Notes under the pieces: generated by a model | Seen by the model: the letters and a program-made list of their open reading frames with translations, nothing else | Told to the model about the DNA's origin: nothing | Databases searched by the model: none | Position numbers and translations under genes: made by a program | Shown here: positions 30,226 to 44,381 of the stretch, one piece after another | How the letters are laid out: each line of letters starts with the position of its first letter | Numbering within the stretch: position 1 is the first letter of the stretch | Source of the DNA: Eledone cirrhosa | Taxonomy: Eukaryota | Reading direction: 5' to 3' | Assembly: GCA_964016885.1 (NCBI GenBank) | Contig: OZ024742.1 | Span: 39,308,001-39,372,000, forward strand | DNA length: 64,000 bases

Positions 30226-30263
<38 letters not shown>

Positions 30264-30366
30264 AAGGGCGTGCTGCGTTGTTGCAAATGGGGTACATATG
30301 AATAAAATTAGTCCTTCATCAGTGATCTTCCAACCGTCATTGGTATTTCTTCGCATTAAAGATCAT

Positions 30367-30835
30367 ATACCTCTGGTTGGTGCGAGCAATAACTAAAGAA
30401 AGTCATTGGGACACGTGAAATGGGGTGAAGCGAGCGAGACATGTAAACAAACAGAGATGGTAATGCAACGGAAAGAGAGGAAGAGGAGAAACAAGTAAGT
30501 GATATCTATGAACTTAAGTTCGGTGAGGGTACCACCATAGACGAGAGATACAGACCATCCGACCTGAGTGAGATGTGAGCGAGAAAAGGATTTCACACAG
30601 GTCAAACGGGAGGAAGCAGAGAGTGAGTGAGTGACAGTGTGAGGAAGAGGCCAGCTGAGAGAGAGTGACTGGCTATACCTCTGGTTGGTGGGAGCAATAA
30701 CTAAAAAAATGTTATTTGGACACGTAAAATAGGGTGAAGCGAGCGAGACATGTAAAGAAACAGAGATGGTAATGCAACGGAAAGAGAGGAAGAGGAGAAA
30801 CAAGTCCGTGATATCTATGAACTTAAGTTCGGTGA
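30367..30835. repeat. ~160 bp direct repeat (30367-30526 and 30675-30835)
   Basis: atacctctggttggtg...gaacttaagttcggtga occurs twice, period ~309 bp. An HHR 5' half (CTGATGAaggac, minus strand) lies at ~30310-30322. Confidence 0.8.
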
Positions 30836-31610
30836 AATCGTAATATATATATATATATAATAAGAATTTGATTTTTCACTCAAACATAGCGGGTTACATA
30901 AATGTAATTATGGGTTTTATATCGAATATTCGGTTTGTTGGCAAGCAAACGGCCTCATTATGCTATGCTTTGTTTTTAATGACCATCGTCATCCGTTCAT
31001 TCAACAGTGGCAGCGAAGAACAGTTAAAATGTTTCTGGGTTATTGCCCTTTATTATCTATCTTATTTTATTTTATTTTATTTTATCTTATTTTATTTTAT
31101 TTTAAAAAACCTTTTTTTTAATAATAATTATTATTATTTTTAATTTAATTTTTATTTTATTTTATTTTATTTTATTTTATTTTATTTTATTTTATTTTAT
31201 TTTATTTTATTAATACATTTTTACACTTCTTAATCCAATTTTTAGTATTCAAACTCAATATTAAATAATATACCCAGTTTATATATTCTAGACATCTAAT
31301 ATTCGTTATATTAGCACATTCACCTCATCAATCTATTTATTTATTTATTTATTTTTATATATATTTTTATTTTTATTATATATATATATATTTTTTTTAA
31401 CCGTTATTCATTTTTGGACAGCGTTCCGATCAAAACTCTCTCTCTCTCTCTTTCTTTTTCTCCCTCCTCCTTCTTTCTTTCTTTTTCCTCTTCTATTTCT
31501 TTTCCTTTTTTTCATTTTTCATATTTTTTCTCTTCTCTTATATTTTTGTCATATGTAGACTGGACACTTTCTTGTTCACAAGTGTTTTCGGCCTCATATC
31601 ATGTTGCCTT

Positions 31611-31800
31611 ATTTTATCTGATGAGAACACAATTTTTGTCCCAGGATGAAGTTGTTTTCGAAATGCACATAATAAAATATACGGAACTTTTTTAACCATC
31701 TTTTAATTTCTTCTTTATATATACTCCAGTTCTACCAACTGTTGAGTGCTACTTATCTGATATATGCATAGTTTTATTGTTCTACAATATTACTCTCCTA
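31611..31800 (+). mobile_element. Naiad pLTR with HHR, related to 56889-57082
   Basis: attttat-CTGATGA-gaacacaattt..aagttgttttc-GAAA-tgcacATA-ataaaat. Confidence 0.75.
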
Positions 31801-31857
<57 letters not shown>

Positions 31858-31858
<1 letters not shown>

Positions 31859-32527
31859 AGCAGAAGGGATATTCAATTTGTTGGTTATTCAACAAATATA
31901 AATGTTTATAACTGATTCAGAGCACTCGACAGTTTTCTGGAGTAAATATTCAATGATATTAAATAAATGGAAACCATATTTATAAAACCATATTTATTCT
32001 ATTATATATATTTCAAGGGTACCAAAAACTTTGATACGCTTTCATCAGATAAAATACAAAGTGTGTTTTATAAATTTTGGCATAGCCAAGGAACATACCT
32101 TATCAGTTGAAGTATTCCTTGGATAGTGGGTTTAAAATTGTTAGGATGAGTATGCTAATGATTATGTAAATGAAGATTAGGCATATGATTGAAAAACCAT
32201 TCATTATATTTCTAAATGGTAATATCTCTAATATTCGTAATATCTTCACCTTTCAGCAAAAATTTCTTTTAATATTTATCATCAGAATGAAAAAATCCTG
32301 GTGTATTTATTGGCGTTGGATTTTAAAAACCGTTGGATTTTTAAAATCCAACGCCAATAAATACACCAGGATTTTTTCATTTTGATGATTGAAAGCAACA
32401 TTTTTTTTTCCTTTTAAGAAACCACTGGTAAATGAAATAATTGCCTTGTGTTGTTTATTACATAACTATTAAGCTCTGTTACCTACATAGAGCACTCTTT
32501 TTTTCTGGACTTTTCCGACGGAATTAC

Positions 32528-32583
<56 letters not shown>

Positions 32584-33175
32584 AGGGTGTTAAAGTTTGC
32601 TTGAAGCATTGTGAAATGTGTAAAATACGTATTTAAGAAAGCCACAACAATGCAAAGGGAAATCTCGAGGTAGGAAGTGAAATATAGATAGGAAAAACAG
32701 GTGAAAGTGAAAATTGAGAGAGACAAAGATGAAAACAAAACAAAGGTAGAAGGGTTACCGTAGTAGAGATTTAATCCCAATATTTCGGGCTCACGCCCAT
32801 CAACGGGGGAAAAGTTCCAAAAGGGGGGAAACAGGCCAAGCGGAGAAAGTTGTGATGTCGTTAAGACAGGAATGCCGTTATGGGGAGAAAAATATTTAAA
32901 ATTTAAAATATTTTTCTCCCCATAACGGCATTCCTGTCTTAACGACATCACAACTTTCTCCGCTTGGCCTGTTTCCTCCCTTTTGGAACTTTTCCCCCGT
33001 TGATGGGCGTGAGCCGGAAATATTGGGATTAAATCTCTACTACGGTAACCCTTCTACCTTTGTTTTGTTTTCATCTTTGTCTCTCTCAATTTTCACTTTC
33101 ACCTGTTTTTCCTATCTATATTTCACTTCCTACCTCGAGATTTCCCTTTGCATTGTTGTGGCTTTCTTAAATACG

Positions 33176-33214
<39 letters not shown>

Positions 33215-33511
33215 TTAAAAGAGATTTTTGCTGAAAGGTGAAAATATTACGAATATTAGAGATATTACCATTTAGAAATATTAAGAACGGTTTTTTCAAT
33301 TATATACCTAAACTTCATTTACATATTCATTAGCATACTCATCCTAACAATTTTAAACCCACTATCCAAGGAATACTTCAACTCATAAGGTATATTCCTT
33401 GGCTATGTCAAAATTTAAAAAACACACTTTGTATTATAAAAATAATAATGTGAGAATTAAAAGATTAAAAATTAAAATTATATACATACACACACACACA
33501 CACACACACAT

Positions 33512-33579
<68 letters not shown>

Positions 33580-34560
33580 CATTTTAATTTTTAATCTTTT
33601 AATTCTTACATTATTATTTTTCTAATGACACTCTAAAGAATTTTTTTAGACGTAGATTGATAATCATTAACTGACATTAGAAAACATTATCCACTTCACG
33701 ACAGTTTCTTAGATAAACACATCACTTCTTTTGGTTTTTTGGTTTTTCAAAGATTCACACATCTTTCGACTAAAATAATTAATCTCACACTTCTTTTAAT
33801 TTATCAATTAACAAACAAAATTGGAGTTATCTTTCCTTTCTCAGTTATTATATACGTAACTCCGATAAATTAGCAATATTATAAAACATTCTCAATGCTG
33901 AACAAAATATTCAAATCTATAAATTCATAACTTCAACTATCTATTTATTTACATAAAACTCAAAATCAAATTCCCTCGTAACTCATATTATCAACAACTA
34001 CCTAAAACTGGAACTACCTATTTATTTATTTACATAAAACACAAAATCAACTTCCCTCATAACTCATATTATAAACAACTAATAACTGTAAATTATCGAT
34101 ATTTATTAATATATCCTACTAGAATATTATAATAAGATAAATACTTACAAACATAATTCTCCATATAAGTATAATATAGGTAAATATTCAAATTTTTTTT
34201 CTTCCCCCAAATTAACGTAAATATGTGGTCTTCTTTTCTTTTCTTTTTTCCTTTTTCTTTCTCTCCTAATAATACAAACATATATCTAAATTCTCCATAG
34301 CGTCTAAAATAACGGTTTTTCAATCATATACCTCAACTCCATTTACATATTCATTAGCATACTCATCCTAACAATTTTAAACCCACTATCCAAGGAATAC
34401 TTCAACTGATAAGGTATGTCCCTTGTCTATGTCAAAATTTATAAAACACACTTTGTATTTTATCTGATGAAAGCGTACCAAAGTTTTTGGTACCCTTGAA
34501 ATATATATAATAGAATAAATATGGTTTTATAAATGTAGTTTCCATTTATTTAATATCATT
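31858..34560. mobile_element. nested cluster of Naiad-like 3' ends (31858-32290 minus; 33210-33440 and 34310-34560 plus) with HHRs at ~32000-32055(-) and 34455-34515(+)
   Basis: Mutual inverted and direct homology. CTGATGA-aagcgtaccaaa-gt-ttttggtaccctt-GAAA. Hairpin at 32290-32380. Confidence 0.7.
32581..33181. repeat. near-perfect ~560 bp palindrome (PLE pLTR fold-back), centre ~32900
   Basis: 32621-32898 is the reverse complement of 32902-33181. The left arm has an extra ~40 nt tail. (TA)n on both sides. Confidence 0.9.
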
Positions 34561-34561
34561 C

Positions 34562-34651
<90 letters not shown>

Positions 34652-34729
34652 AAAGGTTTACAGAAATAACAACACAATCAGTACAGTATATGGAAGGAAT
34701 ATATTAGGTTAACGCTTGAAATAGCAGGA

Positions 34730-34772
34730 AGAGGGTCTTAACGTTTCGGACGCTAGTCCTTCATCAGAAGAA
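34730..34772 (-). ncRNA. minimal hammerhead ribozyme in a short PLE pLTR (34650-34800)
   Basis: Reverse complement reads tt-CTGATGA-aggac-tagc-gtcc-GAAAC-GTTA-aga. Confidence 0.75.
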
Positions 34773-35694
34773 AGAATGAGAAATAAGATAGATTGAAGGG
34801 ACGGGCGGGTTGGAATTTCAAAAAAATGTCTTTAGATAAAAATAACAGGTCCATTCATGTTGACATCTCTTTTGCGCCTGTTTCTTTCTGCTTCCATTCT
34901 CCAGCCGTTTTCATTATATCTAATTTATCACATATTCCAACGCAACACCGTATTCATTCATCTATGTCTTTTACTATGTCTATGACTTTTCCTCCAATAA
35001 CTATTTATGCTGGTTGAATTACTCGTTTCGGCTCACGGCTATAGAGTAGTCGAATAGTATTTGAAACAAAGGATTTGTGAAGTCATGGGCGAAAACATAT
35101 GAGCTGGAAACAATTTTGATATTACTGTAGGCAAGCAGAATCAGAAGAGTGCATAGGCGAAAATATAGCAAATATTTATACAAACAGGACACAACTGGTC
35201 TCTCAGCAAACATGAAAGAACAGCTGAACTCCCACTATTTATGCTCGTCTAACTAACTTGTTTGTCTCTCTGTGCGACACCCGCACATAATATTCTGCCC
35301 GTCGAGTTATTCGACAGCTCAGGATGACACATTCTTAATTTGGAAGTGTCGTAGTGGTACAACTCTACCTCAGACTCTGCAGCAAAGCCGCTTGTTTTAT
35401 AAAGTTTATATTCTCTAAAAACATTCCATCATAATTTTATGTCAGAATCTTTAAGTTATGTTCCTAATAACTACTTAATGATGGGAAAGTTAGTTATAGC
35501 ACTAAATTCCTTGATTATTTAAAAAATGATTTCAAAATAATTAGGAATATGGCAAGGAATGGTTTTAAGGGGCTTATCTTTATGTAAAAACATTCCGCTC
35601 AACATTTATATAACAACCTTTGATAAGTATTGCAAATAGTGTGTCTTTCTTTTTATCTATTTTGTGTATGTGTGTAACGAGTTTCCTCCACCTC

Positions 35695-36150
35695 CCACTA
35701 ACGCCTCTTGGCTCCAGTTGATAGGATGGAGAAAACATTGGACGGCGAGGGAGACGTGCTGGAACAGCCATTCCACCTCGTTGAGCTCACACCTGCGGGC
35801 AGCCAACTCCGCTCCGCTAGAGGTGAGTCTACCACAAACCTATCATAGAGCGACCGATACTGGGACAGGTTACTCTCTTCGGTTTGGCGGGCAGCAGAGC
35901 CTGGGCAGGTAGCCGAACACACCAGGTTGTCACATGAGTAGGTGTCACAGCATGTAGCATTCCAGATGAGGCGCCTACCGCCGTGGGATGGGAAGATTGT
36001 CATGCCATCTGTTTTTTTTTGCCTTTCCCTCCATCCAGCCTCGCTGGCTCGAGCTGAGAAGGGAAGCCTGCGCCGTCCACACCATCTTGATGATCTCGTT
36101 GAGAGCAGCATGGCGTGGGAGGCGGCCAACACAATAACGCCATGTTCCAA
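35695..36150 (-). mobile_element. CRE-like non-LTR retrotransposon fragment (restriction-like endonuclease)
   Basis: GRLPRHAALNEII..., KTDGMTIFP..GGRRLIWNATCCDT....SATCPGSAARQTEESNLSQY, a degenerate RPDG.T..PW..G....WD.T..DT...K..KY motif. Confidence 0.75.
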
Positions 36151-36959
36151 ACACCAAGTTTATAATGAGAAACTTGGTTACATTACTAAATCCATCCAAA
36201 TTCTTGATTATTTTTAATAGGCAATATATTTCATTAGAAATATGGTAACGAAAGTGGGGGGTGGGGGGTACCAAGCCAAAAAAACGATGGAAAGGAAGTA
36301 AGCAGAGCAGAAAATATATAAATCTAGAAGGGGACGCAAAGGAAGAAAGATGGAATGACTACTACCCCTTCCTGTCCCCCCTCTCTCCCTCCTATACTTA
36401 ATTTAATTCCTCCATATTCATATCATGACCGATTGCAATTCTGTCGACTTCACCCACCACCACGACCACAACTACCACCACCACCACCACCACTACTACT
36501 ACTACCACCACTACCACCACCACCACCACCACCACCACCACTACTACCACCACCACCACCACTACCACTATTACCACCACCACCACCGCCACTGTCACTA
36601 ATAGCAACCTCACCTCCTCCAGTGCTCGCCCCTCACCACTACCACCACCACCGTCACTAATAGCAACCTCATCCACCACCATCAGTATCCCACCACCACC
36701 ACCACCGTCACTAATATCAACACCACTAGCACCAGCACCTGCACCACCATAACAACAACATCGTCACCAAGAGCAACTCCATCATGCTTATAACTAAGAG
36801 AAAGGGGACTCATATATAGAGTTAGTATTGGGTACTACATAGCTAGACACCGCATTTGACTATTACCACCACAAACATATCCTTTCTTTTAACCCACTTA
36901 CATCAATACCACTGCCATTCTCCGCTCACCTTCAGCTGACATTTAACTATTACTAGCTC

Positions 36960-37285
36960 CACTTTTACCAATTTCAGCCGCAACCTGATGCAGTCTGCGA
37001 TTAACCCAGGTTCTGCTGCACGTCGGGCTGGGGTGGCCAAACTCTCCAAGTACCGGTCGCTCTCCGACAGGTTTGTGGTTATACTCGGCAGGGAGACTTC
37101 TGGTATCCTCGGCCCTAGGGCTACCTCCCTACTCACCACTATAGGCGCTTAGCTGGCCAGCCGCAGGTGTGAGCTTTGCGAGCTGGAATGGTTTTTCCAT
37201 CGCGTCACCCTTGCCGTCCTCCGAGGAAACGCCTTCACCATTCTGTCTGCCGGAGCTGTGGGGAGGCCACCAATATGATTGACTG
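36960..37285 (+). mobile_element. second CRE-like 3' fragment
   Basis: NLMQSAINPGSAARRAGVAKLSKYRSLSDRFVV...ETSGILGP...FFHRVTLAVLRGNA. Confidence 0.75.
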
Positions 37286-37319
37286 ACTTGTCATTTTATC
37301 AGTCAGATACTCACTCAAC

Positions 37320-38320
37320 CTCCACCACCAAATCCTCACCATCACCACCACCACCATAACCAACATCACCATCACCACCACCATCACCACCATCACCACC
37401 ACCATCACCACCATCACCACCATCACCATCATCTCCACCATCACCACCAACACTACAATCACCACCATCACCACCATCACCACCATCACCACCACCACCA
37501 CCACCATAACCAACATCACCATCACCACCATCACCACCATCACCACCACCATCACCACCATCACCACCATCACCACCAACACTACAATCACCACCATCAC
37601 CACCATCACCACCATCACCACCATCACCACCACCATCACCACCATCACCACCATCACCACCATCAGCACCATCACCACCACCACCACCACCACCAACACT
37701 ACAATCACCACCATCACCACCATCACCACCATCACCACCATCACCACCATCATCACCACCATCACCATCACCACCACCATCACCACCATCGCCACCATCA
37801 CCATCATCACCACCATCGCTACCATCACCCTCATCACCATCATCACCACCACCACCATCACCACCATCACCACCACCATCACCACCATCACCACCATCAC
37901 CACCACCATCACCACCATCACCACCATCATCACCATCATCACCACCATCACCATCACCACCACCATCTCCACCATCGCCACCATCACCACCATCACCACC
38001 ATCAGCACCACCATCACCACCATCACCACCATCACCACCATCACCACCATCACCACCAACACTACAATCACCACCATCACCACCATCACCACCATCACCA
38101 CCATCACCACCACCATCACCACCACCACCACCACCATCAGCACCATCACCACAATCACCACCATCACCACCATCATCACCATCATCACCACCATCACCAT
38201 CACCACCACCATCACCACCATCACCACCATCACCACCATCACCACCACCACCAACACTACAATCACCACCATCACCACCATCACCACCATCACCACCATC
38301 ACCACCATCACCATCACCAT
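37320..38320. repeat. compound (CAC/CAT)n trinucleotide array
   Basis: ~1 kb, with a recurring variant block caccaacactacaat. Confidence 0.9.
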
Positions 38321-38591
38321 CGCTACTAACGTCAGTTAGGCAACAACGTGAAAACCAATGATTGCCTTTATAGCACTTTCTGCACCTTTACCAATGGATG
38401 TAGCATGGCCGGATGTTTAAGGAGACTGGGTTCAATCCCGTTCAGTGACATCTTAGGCAAAGGTCATTTACCCTAGCCTTGGGTTGACACATGCTTTCGT
38501 CACCGCCAGAGGACAGCTAAGCCTCCTCCACCATTACTGACGCACGTCTTCCTGGGGCGACAAAAGACAGTAACGCTGGGACTTTGGTTCC

Positions 38592-39055
38592 TTATGTATG
38601 TGTGTGTGTTTCACAGACACACACACATGTATATGTTTCACAGACACACACACATGTATGTGTACGGACACACACACATGTATATGTTTCACAGACACAC
38701 ACACATGTATGTGTACGGACACACACACATGTATATGTTTCACAGACACACACACATGTATGTGTACGGACACACACACATGTATATGTTTCACAGACAC
38801 ACACACATGTATGTGTACGGACACACACACATGTATATGTTTCACAGACACACACACATGTATATGTTTCACAGACACACACACACATGTATATGTTTCA
38901 CAGACACACACACACATGTATATGTTTCACAGACACACACATGTATGTGTTTCACAGACACACACCTGTATGTGTTTCACAGACACACACCTGTATGTGT
39001 TTCACAGACACACACATACATGTATATGTTTCACAGACACACACGTGTGTGTTTC
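38592..39055. repeat. minisatellite of atgtatatgtttcacagacacacacac and atgtatgtgtacggacacacacac units
   Basis: Alternating ~27 and ~24 bp units. Confidence 0.9.
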
Positions 39056-39339
39056 ATTTAGTTACTTCCCTTGTTTTCAACAGATTTGTGCACTACCACA
39101 CATGCTTTGTGAGTGAAATTTGGTAGGCGGAAACTATTTAGTTAGCCCGTCGGATGTAATGCAAAGGGCTAACCTTGTCACACTTAATCTCCCTGAGAAT
39201 TACGTCATCGATACACGTGGCTGTAGAATGCTCAGCCACTGTCACGCTGATTTCATGAGCAGGCTGTTCCGATGACCAAATAACTAGAACACTCATCGTC
39301 GAAACCGACGGAGGTCCTTTCCACCGCCGTCGCCGCTAC

Positions 39340-39345
39340 TACTGG

Positions 39346-39387
<42 letters not shown>

Positions 39388-39423
39388 CACCACCACTACG
39401 GCCATCACTACTACTACTACTAG

Positions 39424-39458
<35 letters not shown>

Positions 39459-40059
39459 ACACCACCACCACCACCACTACCACTACTACTACTACCACCA
39501 CCATACTACTACTACTACTACTACGACCCACCCCCAAACCACCCCCATCCCGAACAGCACCACTACCTCCACCACCACCATTACTACCACTACTACTACC
39601 ATCAACATCACTGTCCTTACCGTAGTCTCAAACTCCATCTTACATTCACCTTCCGTTATCATTACCACCCCCTTTCTATGAACAACAACCACTGACACCT
39701 CCACCACCACAGTCACAACCACTACTACTACTACTACTACCACTACTACTACCACTACCACCACCACAGTCACAACCACTACTACTACTACTACTACTAC
39801 CACTACTACTACCACTACCACCACCACAGTCACAACCACTACTACTACTACTACTACCACTACTACTACCACAGTCACAACCACTACTACTACTACTACT
39901 ACTACCACTACTACTACCACTACCACCACCACAGTCACAACCACTACTACTACTACTACTACTACTACCACTACTACTACCACTACCACCACCACAGTCA
40001 CAACCACTACTACTACTACTACTACCACTACTACTACCACTACCACCACCACAGTCACA

Positions 40060-40091
<32 letters not shown>

Positions 40092-40719
40092 CACTACTAC
40101 TACTACCACTACCACCACCACAGTCACAACCACTACTACTACTACTACCACTACTACTACCACTACCACCTCCACAGTCACAACCACTACTACTACCACT
40201 ACCACCACCACAGTCACAACCACTACTACTACCACTACCACCACCACAGTCACAACCACTACTACTACTACTACCACTACTACTACCACTACCACCACCA
40301 CAGTCACAACCACTACTACCACCACCACAGTCACAACCACTACTACTACCACCACCACAGTCACAACCACTACTACTACTACTACCACTACTACTACCAC
40401 TACCACCACCACAGTCACAACCACTACTACCACCACCACAGTCACAACCACTACTACTACCACTACCACCACCGCAGTCACAACCACTACTACTACTACT
40501 ACCACTACTACTACCACTACCACCACCACAGTCACAACCACTACTACTACCACTACCACCACCACAGTCACAACCACTACTACTACCACTACCACCACCG
40601 CAGTCACAACCACTACTACTACTACTACCACTACTACTACCACTACCACCACCACAGTCACAACCACCACTACTACTACTACTACCACTACTACTACCAC
40701 TAGCACCACCACAGTCACA

Positions 40720-40766
<47 letters not shown>

Positions 40767-40800
40767 CACTACTACTACCACCACCACCACCACAGTCACA

Positions 40801-40835
<35 letters not shown>

Positions 40836-40926
40836 CACTACTACTACCACTACCACCACCACAGTCACAACCACCACTACTACTACTACTACCACTACTA
40901 CTACCACCACCACCACCACAGTCACA

Positions 40927-40961
<35 letters not shown>

Positions 40962-41235
40962 CACTACTACTACCACTACCACCACCACAGTCACAACCAC
41001 CACTACTACTACTACTACCACTACTACTACCACTACCACCACCACAGTCACAACCACTACTACTACCACTACCACCACCACAGTCACAACCACTACTACT
41101 ACCACTACCACCACCGCAGTCACAACCATTACTACTACTACTACCACTACTACTACCACTACCACCACCACAGTCACAACCACCACTACTACTACTACTA
41201 CCACTACTACTACCACTAGCACCACCACAGTCACA

Positions 41236-41285
<50 letters not shown>

Positions 41286-41319
41286 CACTACTACTACCAC
41301 CACCACCACCACAGTCACA

Positions 41320-41354
<35 letters not shown>

Positions 41355-41388
41355 CACTACTACTACCACCACCACCACCACAGTCACA

Positions 41389-41423
<35 letters not shown>

Positions 41424-41457
41424 CACTACTACTACCACCACCACCACCACAGTCACA

Positions 41458-41492
<35 letters not shown>

Positions 41493-41526
41493 CACTACTA
41501 CTACCACCACCACCACCACAGTCACA

Positions 41527-41561
<35 letters not shown>

Positions 41562-42640
41562 CACTACTACTACCACTACCACCACCACAGTCACAACCAC
41601 TACTACTACTACTACTACCACTAATACTACCACTACTACTACTACTACCACCACCACAGTCACAACCACTACTACTACTACTACTACCACTACTACTACC
41701 ACTACCACCACCACTACTACTACTACTACCACTACTACTACCACTAGCATCACCACAGTCACAACCACCACCACTACTACTACTACTACCACTACTACTA
41801 CCACTAGCATCACCACAGTCACAACCACTACTACTACTAATACCACTACTACTACCACTACCACCACCACAGTCACAACCACTACTACTACTACTACCAC
41901 TACCACCACCACCACCACCGTCACCACCACCACCACCACCACCACTACCGTCACCACCACCACCACCGCCGCCACCACCACCGCCACCACCACCACCGCC
42001 ACCACCACCACGACCACCACCGCCACCACCACCGCCACCACCACCACGACCACCACCACCGCCACCACCACCACCACCACCGCCACCGCCACCACCACCA
42101 CCACGACCACCACCACCACCACCGCCACCACCACCGCCACCACCACCACGACCACCACCACCGCCACCACCACCACCGCCACCACCACCACCACCACCGC
42201 CACCACCACCACGACCACCACCACCGCCACCACCACCGCCGCCACCGCCGCCACCACCGCCACCACCACCACCACCACCACCGCCACCACCACCACCACC
42301 ACCGCCACCACCACCACGACCACCACCACCGCCACCACCACCACCACCACCGCCGCCACCACCACCACCACCACCACCACCACGACCATCACCACCGCCA
42401 CCACCACCACCACCACCACCGCCGCCACCACCGCCACCACCACCGCCACCACCACCACGACCACCACCACCGCCACCACCACCACCGCCACCACCACCAC
42501 CACCACCGCCACCACCACCACGACCACCGTCACCACCACCACCACCACCACCACCACCACCACCACCACCACCACCACCACCGCCGCCACCACCACCACC
42601 ACCACCACCACCGCCGCCACCACCGCCACCACCACCACCA
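39340..42640. repeat. 3.3 kb compound (ACT/ACC)n array punctuated by ACAGTCACA, grading into (ACC/GCC)n
   Basis: Triplet register is kept from ~39682 to 42640. Confidence 0.9.
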
Positions 42641-42865
42641 ATCACTGTAACTCGATTCTGCGAGTTTTAATTGAACCAATCTGTATCTTGGCTAACTTCA
42701 ACACACATTCCAAGCATTTTATTACTACTACTACTTCAAAGATTACACACACGCACAAGCACACACACACACACACACACAGTCACACACAGTCACATAC
42801 ACAGTCACACACACAGTCACACACACGCACATGTACATGGATGCAGACAAGTACCCTCCACTCCG

Positions 42866-42908
<43 letters not shown>

Positions 42909-43044
42909 CTGTGTGTGAATGTATATATGTATATATATATATATATATATATCAACATGTACAATACAGATATACGCAGATTCATTACATACATAGACTA
43001 ACATACACTCGTAAAATACATGCAAAGACAAAGAAATACGCACG

Positions 43045-43079
<35 letters not shown>

Positions 43080-43181
43080 TGTGTGTGTGTTTGTGTGCGT
43101 TTGTGTGTGTGTTCTTCCCAGGGGCAAGAACATTCTCAAACTAAATGAAGTACTAAATATTTCGGGAAGTGTGTGTGTAAG

Positions 43182-43242
<61 letters not shown>

Positions 43243-43747
43243 GTGCGTGCGTATACTATATTTTAGTCAGGGAAGAAAGAGCTGTGCCCATGACCAGGGG
43301 CCTCGTCTGCCTTAAAATGAGAGGGGACAAACCAACATTTGTTGATTCTTAAAGTAGCATAAATTGCTTATGGTGCCTTCCCCGGACCCTATCTCATAAG
43401 TAACATTTCACGCTAATTAAATTTTATATATTTAAATGAAGTTCAGATATAAAAAAAATAAGCTTAAAAAGAATTTATTATATCAAATAAACAAAAAATA
43501 AAATATCGACGTTTGAAAATATGGGGGGGGGGGCCTTGTTCCCTGATACCCCCCTGAAACAAGGCCCATGCCCATGACCATTTTCAAGACATCCGAATCT
43601 GGTAGGATAAAAGGAGAAGGTATCCCCAGACTGAAGGCTCTGTACGCTGATGAAGGCAACCAAGGACCAAGGACCAAGGCTGACACAATACAGCAGTCAA
43701 CAATTGTTTTCAATGGCAAATTTGAAATCATAATCGCCACAATATAG

Positions 43748-43963
43748 CTGTTTCTACATTTGGTACAAGGCCAGCAACTTGAAGGGAAGAGTAAAATCGA
43801 TTAAATCGACCCCAGAGCGTTATTGGTACTTTATTTTATCGACCCCGTAATGATGAAAGGCAAAGCTAACCTTGGTGGGATTTGAACGCAGAACACAAGG
43901 GGCCGTAACTCTATGCCACGAAGCATGTTGTCCGACGCTCTACCGATACTGCCAATCCACCGC
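43748..43963 (-). mobile_element. SINE family A
   Basis: Reverse complement of the 7099-7293 type. Confidence 0.75.
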
Positions 43964-44381
43964 CATGGTCGCCACAATATAACGCTCGCCTGACATACGA
44001 GCGATGTGTCCTTCACTACTCCGTTGTCTTTGCCCACCTTTTTTCTGTCTCCAGGGGTACTTTACTCGGTTTATTTAACTGTTATTTATAGTTATCAACT
44101 ATTATTGTTATCTGCATTGTGGCAACTATATTTGAAAATTTCAATAGTTTACATATTTTATATATATATATTTCTAGAGGCAGGACCTGCTATTCCTGGA
44201 CCAGTCAGCATATTGTATTTTTGAGCAATATACTTTATTTTACCTTCCTGTTACTGCCAGGAGTTACGATCAGCAGTTGTTATCAGCAATGGAAAGACCA
44301 ATGGAAACATTATTTCTTTGACCCGATCTGATGATTGGCTCATTTCTTCTTTCTTTTCTTTCAATCATTATGATCTCAGAG

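Noticed and set aside
37235-38320. 361 aa Val/Met ORF
   Set aside because: (GTG/ATG)n simple repeat.
39492-42645. 1049 aa poly-Val and 989 aa Gly/Ser/Cys ORFs
   Set aside because: They are by-products of a stop-free triplet repeat, with no domain context.
43645-43700. HHR at CTGATGAaggc (likewise 23072 and 48436)
   Set aside because: No convincing GAAA plus stem I/III arrangement. The 48436 match lies inside decayed RT coding sequence.
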